The notes below the pieces were generated by a model that saw only the letters and a list, made by a program, of their open reading frames with translations, had not been told where the DNA came from and made no database searches. Shown here one piece after another: positions 49,201 through 59,480 of a DNA stretch of 64,000 nt (positions are counted from its first letter, which is position 1; the number at the start of each line of letters is the position of its first letter). The translations under genes were made by a program, and so were the position numbers. Source of the stretch: Botryllus schlosseri (lineage: Eukaryota); NCBI GenBank assembly GCA_051294905.1, contig CM119381.1, forward strand, positions 12,462,001 through 12,526,000, written 5' to 3'.

Positions 49201-52200
49201 GTTGCCCTTTGATCTCCAGCTGAATGTGCCAAAATCAATGCAAAGACCATGGATGTGTAGGGCCATGTATTAAATGATTTTTTTGTGACTTGTAGTGATT
49301 CCTTGCTTGTACAAAGCGACTTGCTAAAGGTCCCGGGAATAGTTCTGTTGAACCTCCGATGCTCTCTAAACACTATCCTGTTTAAGGCATTTTGGTGAAG
49401 ATTATTTGCCCTTATTTATTTTGTCCTTGCACTTTTCTGGTGCAGTCCTCAGCATTATTTTGATACATTGAAATGTTTTCCAGTGCGTGACAGGCATACG
49501 ATGCTACCTCCCGGAACAATACATGAAGGCCACGCGATGACCAACGGCCGAATGCATGTGAGTGTTTCGCTGCTCTGGAATTTAGGATATTATTCCTATC
49601 AAGTCATAAACTATGTAGCAGTGCGAGGGAGAGGCCGAGCTGGTGGTAATTTTTTTATGCAAGACTGCCAGGAGTAGCTTGTTAATAATGCTGATGCAGT
49701 GATGTGACATTGTAATCTTAATCATAATGTAAAAAGCACACTTCGTTACAATTTTACATGCATTTTACGACTTACGACCTGTTTGAGTTTGCTGCCAGAG
49801 TGGTCGATCAAACAACCAATTAGTAGCGCTGTAGAGGGTGTGGAACAAGACAGAACATGTACCTTTCTGAAATAAGAAGCAGTTAGAGCTCTGGTCTCTC
49901 AATCTGCAAGCTAGGGATCAATTCACTCCGGCATTTGTTTTCCTATAATCTAACCACTCGCTAGCACAATCCATTATAATGTTGGTCACAAGGAAAATAA
50001 GTTGCTGCAGGAAGGACACCCATCATAAACCTCAGCCATACTACAATGCGGATCATTGCTCCGCTTACACGAAAGCAGATATATGGCGAAGTGATTTACA
50101 GCTGGAACTACCTGTACTACATGAACCATTAGTCTTATCGGGGGTCTTTAGATTTCTGTTGGTGCAGAAGCAAGTCTAACAGAACTATCACCGTTAGTAT
50201 CGTTAACGTCTGAAGCAGACATGGGGTGATTACTTCATGAATGTAATCGATTGCGATTACGATTACTTCTGAATGACGCGATTACGATTACGATTACATT
50301 GGAAAAGTAATCACGATTACTCACAATTACATTTATTTTGCATCTTAGCAGCCATGTTGGAAGACATCTTAGAAGCTATGCTGGATTGCGCTGAAAAGGC
50401 CTAATGAGATAACAAACTCCCTTTAAAGAAGATGCGTCATTTGTTTGTTAGGTCATAATGTATCCATTGCCCACTTTCACAGAGGACAATTTATCACGCC
50501 CAACGATTTGCATTCTTGCCAGGGCCATAAATGCTGCACCCCAAATTTCCCAATAGGGTTGAGAGCGAGCTCGAAGGGGACTCAAAAAGTATTTTGTAAA
50601 CTAACATAAGTTATAGAGTATTTTCGAGACATCTGATTAACTTGAAAATCCTCTCTAGATCAATGATTGCCAACCGCGGGTCCGAGAGCTGCATGTGGCT
50701 CTCAGCTAGCCAACTTGCGGCTCACCTTGACGTCGGAATATCCAACAAAATAATAAAAAAATCAATCTATAACAAAAAAATTGATATTCAAAAAGTTCAC
50801 TTGCTTTGCTTGGAATCTGGAGTTTATAATTTAGGGTGAAGACCAATTCCTTTGGTGTCGATTAGCGATTCTCTACTCAGCAACGATTTCGTTACTCAAC
50901 TCGCGTCAAAAAGTATGCTCACACTCAAATGCGTCTGGATTGGCTCTCAAATTTAAGTCTGCTCATCACCAGACCTAATTAAGTGCAGGTGGCGTTACAA
51001 GACATTTTACAACGCCATCTGACCAGCAAACCCATGGATTATTTGACTTGATTGTTAAGTTCAACGGCCGCATTGAATGAATGCTTTTAAACATTATGAA
51101 AATGTTTTCACGTCAAATTGTAGTTAATGTGGCCAACTTGAGTTGCTAGACATGCAGTCAGATATAAAGACATGACAATTTGTTTATGCGTGTCAAGAAA
51201 GTTTTTCTTTTAGTCTGCTACGTTTGAGCCACGACAATATCTTTTCATTATATAGCAAACCGGAGGTCACGAATGAAGAACATACACTAAAGTAATTATA
51301 ACAAGAAACCGGAGGTAATAATTATGAATTACGTTGCCCCAGCTCTACAGGTAGGTAATTGTGTGGCGAGATAGCGCAGTGGTATAATCCACGGCTGCAA
51401 CATCAATGGGCTGCGGATTCGAGTCTGAACGAGGTCGACTTCGGAATTCCTACCTAAGTGTTGGAGGTTTATCTAGGCTACTCCTCGCCATCTCATCCGC
51501 GTAAGGGGTGTCTTACAAAAAGCTTAGAAGTGGGCGGTGCTACAAGTCGCCAGATACGGAATCGAAAATGCATGAAATTGGCCTGGTGTCAATGTCTGTG
51601 GTAGTCGACAGACACTATGATTACCTCAAATAAGTAAACTCTACAGTTATATCCGACCATCGCTGACTGAAAGAGGATTAAAAATTAATAGTAGAATATT
51701 GCAATTACTGAATTTCTTGACGAAATTCAGTCTTCAACTTGAGATTACCACCCTACGGGGGCCAAAGACCAACAACGTTGGGACTGGGAGAGGAATTGCT
51801 GTTTTGGTCCTGGTTCCAGCTACAACCCATGCTAACATGATATATAAGCCCATGGCCATGGCGGCAGGTTCCAATGTTGAATAAAGAATTACGAAATAGC
51901 GATAGGTGCCCTTTTCAAGTAGAGTCATATGAGAAGAAGACGAAGCGAATATAAAATTCTGCCTTCAACTTAATACAGATATTGTCCTGCAAGCTGTCGT
52001 TACGAAAAATGGCAAAACGGCTTGCTTATGATATATATATAACCAGCTGTTGATTTTTACTGCATCGTTGTGGAAACCGCAATGTTATATTTGACGAGTA
52101 CAAAAATCCGGTGTACGTACGTACTGGATAGGCCTACTACGTTACAAACTGCGTTTAACTAAGCATAAGCATAACCAAACATCAACACATAAGTTACTAT

Positions 52201-55200
52201 TTTAAACTATAGGCAGAGCGGAAATAAATTATATACTGCTGCGAGGTAGTGGCGTGTGGAACGCGTTGATAACCTGATATACAGCACGGCGGGTGTTCTT
52301 ACAATCAGACCATATCAGTTTACAGCGTAGCTGTAAATTGCTATGATCGGACTAATGCACGACGCAGGTACATCGAATATCTATTTACTGTGAATACTAC
52401 TTACTACACAATGACGCGCAAAGCTGATAGGCTGCTTCTGACGTAATAATGAGCAGTGGCGTTTGAAAATCAGACGTTTGTGCTGTCACGAACCTGGTAT
52501 AACATCTTTTCATTGTTCACGAAGGTTCAGTTTATGTCATAGTACTTGTACAAATAAAAAGTAATCGTTCTTTCACAGATAAATCGATTAGATATGCGAA
52601 GTAGTCGATTACGATTACGATTACTTCGGAATTTTTTCGAATGTAATCGATTGCGATTACGATCACTTGAAAAATGCTGTAATCGTCGTAATCGATTACG
52701 ATTACTAATCACGATTACCCCATGTCTGGTCTGAAGTGAGGGCTCAACATGGCGTGTATGGGTTCATGTGAAAAGAATTGACGGTCACAGATGCACATGG
52801 CTGCTGTTGCGTGTAACACTGTCTCTTGCCATTTTCAGGCCTCCAACGAAGTTCCGTCCTTTCCAAGTGTTTACGACTATGCAAGCGACATTTCCCTGCC
52901 GCCGCCACCTCCGGTCCCTAGAACCGCCACGACACGCTCTTCTACAGCTAGTGCCACGGCGGCGCATTCTAGGCGCAGAGTACCATCTGAATATGACTTC
53001 GATGGCGGACGGTATGGGATGTTTGTACATGGGCTGGGCACAGTGATTCAAGTACTCTGATCCAAGTAGTGTGTTAGTAGCAATATTTTACTCCCTTTTC
53101 CAACCGAGCGAGATAGTGTAATGGTGATGTGTCCGGCTTCTTGATCGGTAGGTCGTGGGTTCAATCCCTGGCTGGGTCAGACCAAAGACTCGAAAACTGG
53201 TATCCGCGGCTATCTTGCTAGGTGCTCAGCATCCCGGATAGCATTGAGGAGAAAAATTAGTGGTGCAGACTACATGACTTTACTATTGCATGTCCATTAG
53301 GGTTGTCCATAATTTGGAAAATCTTACGAATCCTCCGTTGTAATGTCTTATTCTATAGATTAGTGATAAAAAACGACACTGAGCCTGAAAGAAGCTCACA
53401 GGAAGACCGTTAAGATTTCGTGCAAAGCGTTTGAAAGTAGCTGCCGAAGAATGGGCGTGCCACCGACCATAGAACGGCGAGAAGACTAGCAATCAGGAAA
53501 CCACGGCTCTTGATTAGCTGATCGGCTATGCTTCAATGACCACGACAGCAGCAGCTTGCTGTGTAGGTGATCAAGAAGTCTGCTACCGGCGGCGATTCTG
53601 AAAACGCATTGTATGTAGGTTGACAGATAATGATTTAGGATTGATTCAGGGTATGTTGAGGCACGAAATACATGATGAACAACAACAGCTGCTTCACAAA
53701 AACGTCTAAAGCGTGACCGCTTTATTGTGAAGGAAACCGCCATAGCCTATATGCCTTGTTTTCAACGAGGGAAAGCATAGGCGCTTATGCAAATAGCGAC
53801 GGATTCCTAGTTTCAGAAAGGCTATATCATTATTGAATACAAAGATAAAGCTTAACAATGACACTACAATTTGTGTGATCTTATTGGGCTCAGGTTGTAG
53901 TACATAATTGAAGTTTTGAATGCTCTAGGGATCGGCTGAATCAAACGTCGCTTAGGCTTGGCACTTGTCAGATGTTTACAGCAAATTGAATTCACTTGTT
54001 AGTGTTTTCAAAGTCCCTAATGATGTCGCAGAAACGATGTTTAAATGCAAGAACAGACTATGCTTGATATGATGTACAAACTATGCAGGATGCTATGCAC
54101 TATGCAGCATTGTCTGTGCCTACTTTTACACCCCTTTTCTGCGCGATATTAAGGACTTTGACATATCACGTCCAGCATAGTTTGTGCCTACTTTTACACC
54201 TCTTTTCTGCGTCATCATCAAGGACTTTGACAACACTTGCAAGTGAATACATTTTGATGCAAGCATCTGATAAGTGCCAAGCATAACCCGCTGATTCAGC
54301 CGATCCTTGGAGCTTTCAAAACTTCAACTATGCACTACAACCTGAGCCCAATAAGATCACACAAATTATAGTGTCATTGTCAAGCTTTATCTTTGTATTC
54401 AATAATGATATATTCTTTCTGAAACTAGGAATCCGTCGCTACTTGCATAAGCGCCTATGCTTTCTCTCGTTGAAAACAAGGCATATAGGCTACGGCGGTT
54501 CCCTTCACAATAAAGCGGTCATGCTTTAGACGTTTTTGTGAAGCAGCTGTTGTTTGTTCATCATGTATTTCGTACCTCAACATACCCTGAATCAATCCTA
54601 AATCATTATCTGTCAACCTACATACAATTCGCTTTCATAATCGCCGCCGGTAGCAGACTCCTTGATCACCTACACAGCAAGCTGCTGCTGTCATGGTCAT
54701 TGAAGCATAGCCGATTAGCCAATCGAGAGACGTGGTTTCGTGATTGCTAGTCTTCTCGCCGTTCTATGGTCGGTGGCACGCCCATTCTTTGGCAGCTACT
54801 TTCAAACGCTTTGCACGAAATCTTAACGGCCTTCCTGTGAGCTTCTTTCAGGCTCAGTGTCGTTTTTTATCAATAATCTACAGAATAAGACATTACAACG
54901 GAGGATTTGTAAGATTTTCCAAATTTTGGACAACCCTAATGTCCATCTTCGATGCATCTCTATGGTGCAGGCGAAAATTTATCTGATCTCTCTCTCTATC
55001 CCTCCACGAAGAGTTATATTGTAAACTAGAATTTCAGGTTCAATGCTTATTTCCCATCGTAGAAGCGTTGAAAGCTTGAAACCTCAATTGATCGTATCAT
55101 AGCATCCAGTATGTGAAGTACTGTATAGTCGTGCTCAACCCACAGCATCGTCGCATAGTGCGATGAAATAGGTAGGATAAAAAATACTAAATATTTTTAC

Positions 55201-56026
55201 TCGTCCAAGGTCATAAGGATACTGTACTATAATTTCTGGCATAGTCAATTCGGAATCGGATCACTCATGTACTCGATTTTGCCCAGCCCTATTTTCTAGT
55301 TACTGGCAAATAGCCAAAGTGTCTAAACCACATTAATTCGTATTCAGGACGGGCATGGATATTCCCCAGCCGCCCAGTGCCCCGCCACCAACGATTCCAC
55401 CACGACCCGGTGCAGCTAACCATCCGGATCGAGTCCCCTCTCCGCCCCTCGGTCCCCCACCCCTGCCTCCGATGAATATCTCGTCTTCGCATAACCCCAG
55501 GCCGGGGTATTCCGCAGCGCCTCCGCTGCCGCCTCCCAACAACCCGACCCGCTCGACCACCAGCAAGTCGGGCCACCGGCACCCCAATCACGTCATGACC
55601 TCAGAAGAACCCCCGCCTTTGAGCCCGCGCGTCGCAGGCACCTTCAACTTTGGATCTCTGCCGGAGGAGGCCCCGCCCAGGCCGGCGCGGTCTCACGTCC
55701 AGTCCAACGAGCTGACCGGCCCACACATAGGCACGGACCCGGTCCCGCTGGTTCCGCCACCACGCCCCCCGAAAAGTTCAGCTGCGGCCGCGGCGCCTCC
55801 CGTGCCCCAGCGTAGGTTGTCTTCATCGTCTTTGTCTCCTTCGACGCGTCGCAACGGGCGTCACCCGCACGACGCGTCGCGCTGCGATATATCCGACCAC
55901 GACATAGCCGAACTAATGAACCAGGGATACTCGTTCAGCGAGGTCATGCGCGCCTTGTCGATAGCGAAAAACAATTTGCCGCTCGCCCTGCAGATTTTGA
56001 GAAATTATGTGCAGACCGCGACCTGA
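28176..56026 (+). CDS. CBL: Cbl-family E3 ubiquitin-protein ligase, 18 coding exons, 925 aa (whole gene span)
   Basis: Exons join in frame with GT-AG at every intron (sum 2778 nt). TKB ([54 protein letters not shown]), linker [14 protein letters not shown]3HC4 RING, PxxxPR-rich region, C-terminal UBA. Confidence 0.97.
28462..28543 (+). CDS. CBL: Cbl exon 2 ([27 protein letters not shown])
   Basis: Acceptor TTTTATATCAG, donor GTTGGT; start of the 4H bundle. Confidence 0.93.
29000..30150 (-). pseudogene. Heavily decayed CR1/L2-like RT remnant in Cbl intron 2
   Basis: Scattered motif echoes in the expected order on the minus strand (DDTIL, WQ..F..EK, F.YDNHIN); many stops and frameshifts. Confidence 0.35.
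31065..31130 (+). repeat. 33-bp tandem duplication
   Basis: CCAAATAAACTTT(G/A)TAGCAACCTACAGTTCAAT x2. Confidence 0.9.
32066..32200. repeat. Small inverted repeat / mini-MITE (arms about 50 bp)
   Basis: GTATATTCATATTGAA..GGCTGACACTCGT..GGGGT / ACCCC..ACGAGTGTCAGCC..TTCAATATGAATATAC. Confidence 0.85.
32708..32814 (+). CDS. CBL: Cbl exon 3 ([36 protein letters not shown])
   Basis: TTTTACAG / GTAAGT; near-invariant Cbl motif. Confidence 0.97.
32985..33066 (+). CDS. CBL: Cbl exon 4 ([27 protein letters not shown])
   Basis: CATACAG / GTAAGA; not in the ORF track; matches Cbl ENEYFRVFMENLMKK. Confidence 0.95.
35436..35641 (+). CDS. CBL: Cbl exon 5 ([13 protein letters not shown]...[10 protein letters not shown])
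   Basis: TTGCAG / GTAGAA; [17 protein letters not shown]. Confidence 0.97.
35947..36103 (+). CDS. CBL: Cbl exon 6 (EF-hand; TIVSWKEF...FTRLFQ)
   Basis: TTCCAG / GTATGC. Confidence 0.97.
37273..37394 (+). CDS. CBL: Cbl exon 7 ([28 protein letters not shown]...KPG)
   Basis: CTCTGCAG / GTATTC. Confidence 0.97.
38546..38683 (+). CDS. CBL: Cbl exon 8 (SH2-like; [13 protein letters not shown]...KKEG)
   Basis: TTTTTCAG / GTGAGT. Confidence 0.97.
38841..39060 (+). CDS. CBL: Cbl exon 9 (linker helix and RING N-half)
   Basis: GGCAG / GTATTA; [53 protein letters not shown]. Confidence 0.97.
39672..39713. repeat. Perfect 17-bp hairpin, 8-nt loop
   Basis: GAAACTCCTGGTTACCA-CCTCACTC-TGGTAACCAGGAGTTTC. 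Confidence 0.95.
41073..41215 (+). CDS. CBL: Cbl exon 10 (RING C-half; [12 protein letters not shown])
   Basis: TTGTTACAG / GTGAGT. Confidence 0.96.
43527..43599 (+). CDS. CBL: Cbl exon 11 ([24 protein letters not shown])
   Basis: CTATTTAG / GTACTC; converts phase 2 to phase 0 as exon 12 requires; acidic patch as in Cbl after the RING. Confidence 0.8.
43977..44168 (+). CDS. CBL: Cbl exon 12 ([25 protein letters not shown])
   Basis: TTCCTTTTCAAG / GTGAGT. Confidence 0.88.
44773..44855 (+). CDS. CBL: Cbl exon 13 ([27 protein letters not shown])
   Basis: CATCGCAG / GTGGGT; PVLPPRP motif; phase 0 to 2. Confidence 0.82.
44927..46253. mobile_element. hAT-like non-autonomous element in Cbl intron 13
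   Basis: Imperfect TIR CAGTGGCGTATCCAG / CTGGATACGCGCCTG; TSD CGCCCAAG/CGCCAAAG (7 of 8). Confidence 0.75.
45503..46828 (+). repeat. 213-bp near-identical direct repeat (45503-45715 and 46616-46828)
   Basis: One visible mismatch (GTCCAT vs GTCGAT). Confidence 0.95.
47802..47874 (+). CDS. CBL: Cbl exon 14 ([24 protein letters not shown])
   Basis: CTTCATTACAG / GTACTG; phase 2 to 0. Confidence 0.78.
47945..48047 (+). CDS. CBL: Cbl exon 15 ([16 protein letters not shown]...DSVAA)
   Basis: TTTCCTAG / GTGAGT after a 70-bp intron; phase 0 to 1. Confidence 0.8.
48494..48978. mobile_element. Foldback MITE with TA TSD (Tc1/mariner-like)
   Basis: TA|(C/G)GGCTGTTCAAAAATAA...TTATTTTTGAACAGCCC|TA; palindromic almost throughout; related to 9041-9676. 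Confidence 0.9.
49484..49557 (+). CDS. CBL: Cbl exon 16 ([25 protein letters not shown])
   Basis: TTTTCCAG / GTGAGT; phase 1 to 0. Confidence 0.8.
50661..50972. mobile_element. Old Charlie-type MITE nested in D copy 1
   Basis: CAATGATTGCCAAC start after CTCTAGAT; GAGCTGCATGTGGCTC motif; absent from D copy 2; TSD not clear. Confidence 0.5.
51354..51638 (+). mobile_element. tRNA-derived SINE nested in D copy 1
   Basis: A box TAGCGCAGTGG (51372), B box GGATTCGAGTC (51415); TSD CTCTACAG(G/T)TA; the site is empty in D copy 2 (about 60845). Confidence 0.85.
52839..53011 (+). CDS. CBL: Cbl exon 17 ([31 protein letters not shown])
   Basis: CATTTTCAG / GTATGG; Pro-rich with candidate phosphotyrosines. 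Confidence 0.9.
53105..53270 (+). mobile_element. tRNA-derived SINE with a central domain resembling the MetaSINE core
   Basis: A box TAGTGTAATGG (53114), B box GGTTCAATCCC (53158), then GGTCAGACCAAAGACTCGAAAACTGGTA..GCTAGGTGCTCAGCAT; core assignment is from recall. Confidence 0.7.
53298..54938. mobile_element. 1.64-kb foldback element, arms about 770 bp, 8-bp TSD
   Basis: TAGGGTTGTCCA...TGGACAACCCTA ends; perfect TSD ATGTCCAT; about 4 mismatches in the outer 100 bp; spacer about 100 bp with a duplicated arm end. Confidence 0.95.
55348..56026 (+). CDS. CBL: Cbl exon 18 (Pro-rich region, UBA domain, stop)
   Basis: TATTCAG acceptor in phase; [32 protein letters not shown] matches the Cbl UBA. 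Confidence 0.95.
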
Positions 56027-58415
56027 GGCGCTTCAGCGCTCTCGTCCTACTGCAGATCACTAACTTACGGATAGACACCCAAATCTACTCATCACGATTG
56101 AAAAAACATTGTAGTTTACCGTGGAGAAAATAAAAGGCAGCCTAATTGGTAGTCCTATGGCTGGCGACCCAAGCTCTAGAATTGAATACAACTGGTCCTA
56201 ATCGAAAGCTAGCGTACTGATTCCGTAAATATAAATAATTCGGGATGGTTCCATTGCCCTGGCCTGATATATTTTGTATTTTTTGAGTCTGTGCGACACA
56301 GGATAGACCAGTTCTATTAAATTTTAGAGCCTGGTATCACACTACTATTTCTGCTGATTTTTCCCTTCGCAGTAGTACACCGTTTGTTTGAGCGTTACGG
56401 TTTAAGTTGCGTATCTATCCGTAGGTTACTAATCTATAGTTGGACACTAAAAAGCCTTCTACATATGCATAAAATAGCGGTTTCGTCGATGCTAGCTACT
56501 CTCGTTTCTCGCTTTCGCGCCTCTGTTCGGACATGCCTTAACTGCTCTGCCAGTGGTCTTCAACACATACCGTGCGATGCACGCGCACTGCAGTCCGCGA
56601 CAGCAGACTTGGACAATTAGATAATTCTAGTTGTATGGTTAGACTAATTCGAGCGAAATGCCGGTAAAGTAATTTCAATCCGAGTTGTGAAATGTCTCAT
56701 CTCTGGTTTTCCTGAAAATGATACAGGATGACTGTGTACAGTGCTAAACAAGCCAAACTGAGTGTATGGTCATTGGTCAATGGTCATCTGACATTCCCAT
56801 GCCTAACGAGAATTAACTTGATATTTGCTGTATTTCTAATTGGGAATTTAATTAAATTTCCAAGGTTTTTCTAATTCTAACCTAATTCGGAAAAGCTGAA
56901 AATGTTCTAGTTGTCCAGCTCTGCGCGACAGTCCGATACGAACGCGCGACTGTGCGACACGCGCGTACCGTTGTACTCAGCTGTCATGTCCTGTCTTCTT
57001 GCCCTGTATATACCGTTCGCCGGACTCGTGACGGGCCTCGCCTGTCCGGTGCTTTTCGCTCGCTGGATCGTGTGCTGTCGCGTCGCGGAATGCTGCGGAT
57101 CAGCGCAGATGTATTATAACTCTTTCTTATGATTTACTTCGCTTGTTATCTATAGTGATGCAATCCGTTTTCGGTTAATCATGTACCGTGTTTTGTGCCT
57201 GTCGGATTTGAGAAGCGACCTTTTCCCGGTTCCGGCGCTACCAACCGTTTGTATATTATTCGCGTTCGATGACTTTGTTACAATTTCTTATTTATTTCGC
57301 TGCAAGCGCGTGTCTATATCTAGCGCGCATCGGAATGCACCTCGTTTCGTGTCTTGTAAACCCTGGGATTTCGATTTCCTTCAGCGATGGCTTGTTGTTG
57401 CTGTTGTTATAGCTTTCACAGCAATTTATGTGGACCGCGAACTTACAGTATCCGTTGCACCCCAAGGAATATCCCAACTCGTTGAAGCTAGCTTCATTTG
57501 TCTCGCTGAAACTTCCTCCATCTGTGACGGCGCTGTTGACGGACGGTGACACGTAGATGCGTGTGTGGAATCCTTTTTTGTGCTATCCGAAAATTCGTTC
57601 ACAGTCCTTTGCTGTATCGACGTTGGCGTCGTGTGCGATCCTCGTCTTGATTATGAGTTGCTGACCGGGTTTTAGCAACGTTGTCTCGGAACGGCATGAC
57701 TGTGAAGGTTGTGACTGTAAATACTCCTGCCAATGAAATCAATGTTTATGTATTTGGTTCTGACACCGAGGCGAGTAAGGGTTATCGCTGCAAAAGATGT
57801 CAAGATGTCGAGACCAAATTACTGTATACTCCTCCGCAATCGCTTGCGTTTCATGATTTCTCTACCATTTCGTTTTATATATTTCTTGTCTTATCAATCG
57901 GAAGTTATCTGCGTCTAAGACCATTTTATGGATGTTGTTATGGCGTGACCTTAGGGCGTCCGTCTAGAAATAAAAACCGTCAAACCGGATGATTTTTGGA
58001 AGGGTGGGGCCGCCAAGTGATATGAGGCAGGTCACTTGAGCGACCAGGTTCAGCAGTATTTAGAAGGGGCAACAGGGTTAATGCCAGTGGCCGAAGCGAT
58101 AGTAGCCGTTGGCTGATGTGGAAACCGGATTGCGCGCGGAAGACTAGTCTTCGATACCGATGTGTCATGGCTGAGCTTCATCAGAAATTCGAACGGAACT
58201 ATGTTGAATCCCGTCTTGAACAAGTGATCGAGTACAAAATTCTAACTGCTTAAGACACAGTGAATTATTGTAGGATATCTCTGAGCGTTGACGAAGCTGA
58301 TGCGCCACAATTCATCTTTGAGACCGTATCAACGCAGCTTTGCCGACCGCTGTTCCACGGAGCACTAGCGGTTTCGAGCTGATCAAGAAACACTGAAGGC
58401 ATAGCCTGCATATGG

Positions 58416-58660
58416 TAGGGTTGCCATACGTCTGGACATGTCCGGAATTTCACTGCTCAAACTGTGCCCGGGAGGAATTTCTAAAATATGCCTAAATGTC
58501 CGAAATTTTGAAGACTTGACGTAGGCTCATAATTTTTTCGTAAATTAACATTAAAACATTATTTTTGGGAATATTTATGCTGATGCATGATATGTTTCTT
58601 CGCGCTGCGCGCGATTTACTATCACGTATATTGTTTTTAATATGGAGACTACCACCCTCC
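58416..58660. mobile_element. hAT-like MITE fragment (TAGGGTTGCCATA end)
   Basis: TAGGGTTGCCATACGTCTGGACATGTCCGG; right end degenerate. Confidence 0.5.
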
Positions 58661-59480
58661 TAAAAACTGCAATAAAAAAATTATAAAGAACCTTCTTTTT
58701 ACTGAAATAGCCTAATTGTAATCGCAATTATAGGAAAACGGTATATTTCTAGAGACGGTTAAGGCCGTTTAAATTCTTCATGCAAAGATAGTGGTTTAGA
58801 ACGTGGGGGTCGTTTGCCTTTATTCTGGAGTTCGCGAAGATGTTGAACTTAATCAGCTTCCAAAAAAGCCCGTGAGTAAGTCTGTGCAAGGTGCTAACTC
58901 CTTTTAGTAATCAGCTCGTCAGATTTTGATCTGGGACTCGGAAGATTTTCAAATTGGAGATGGAGTCGCGACCATAAAAGGTTGGAAACCAGCATTATGC
59001 TAAAATAATCTTATCTGTGTGACATGAACATGGCTTGACGTCGTAACGATGTACAATTAGGCCTACGTTCTCTGCATTTTCGAAGTCATCGTCCTCCACC
59101 AGCTTTACCGCTAACTCGGTTAAAGGTAAATAGTTGGCATTTACGCGCTATCACGGACTCGCTAATTGGCGGCGCTGATGATTTGAAATCGCAGTCGCCG
59201 GGCGTTTAATCTTATGGGGTGGCCGCCACCCCATAAATGTGTCATTGGGTGGCTGCGCCATCCCGTAGCTCGGCGCCAGTGGGTGTCCTGACTGCAGTGA
59301 TTAACCAACTGCGCCACTCGCTTCCCCAAGCGACGTCCTATAAATCTTGCAAGTCGTCAAGTCGGCAGATCAGGAATCCTAATGAAGAATATCGACCTGG
59401 TGTAAATCTAGAATTCGAAACAGCGTGATACCAAATCAGCAACAACAATAGCCACAACTATTAATAACGTATATAGGCTA

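Larger units (their letters stand above)
50216..52728 (+). mobile_element. Non-autonomous hAT family D with (GATTAC)n subterminal arrays, copy 1
   Basis: TIR CAGACATGGGG; perfect 8-bp TSD GTCTGAAG; homolog at 59481-61883. Confidence 0.93.

Noticed and set aside
50221-52720. (GATTAC)n arrays, and likewise (GAAGTA)n at 21430-24290, as CRISPR-like or satellite arrays
   Set aside because: Units are 6 bp with no unique spacers and lie just inside TIRs; they are transposon subterminal repeats.
51360-53170. tRNA genes at 51365 and 53110
   Set aside because: A and B boxes are present but there is no cloverleaf with an acceptor stem or poly-T terminator; they continue into SINE bodies.
55289-55826. 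Gly/Arg-rich minus-strand ORFs
   Set aside because: Antisense shadows of the GC-rich, Pro-rich last Cbl exon.
58170-58330. LSVDEADAPQFIFETV resembling bacterial DUF262/GmrSD motifs
   Set aside because: One short motif in a stop-interrupted frame with no other family motif; likely chance.
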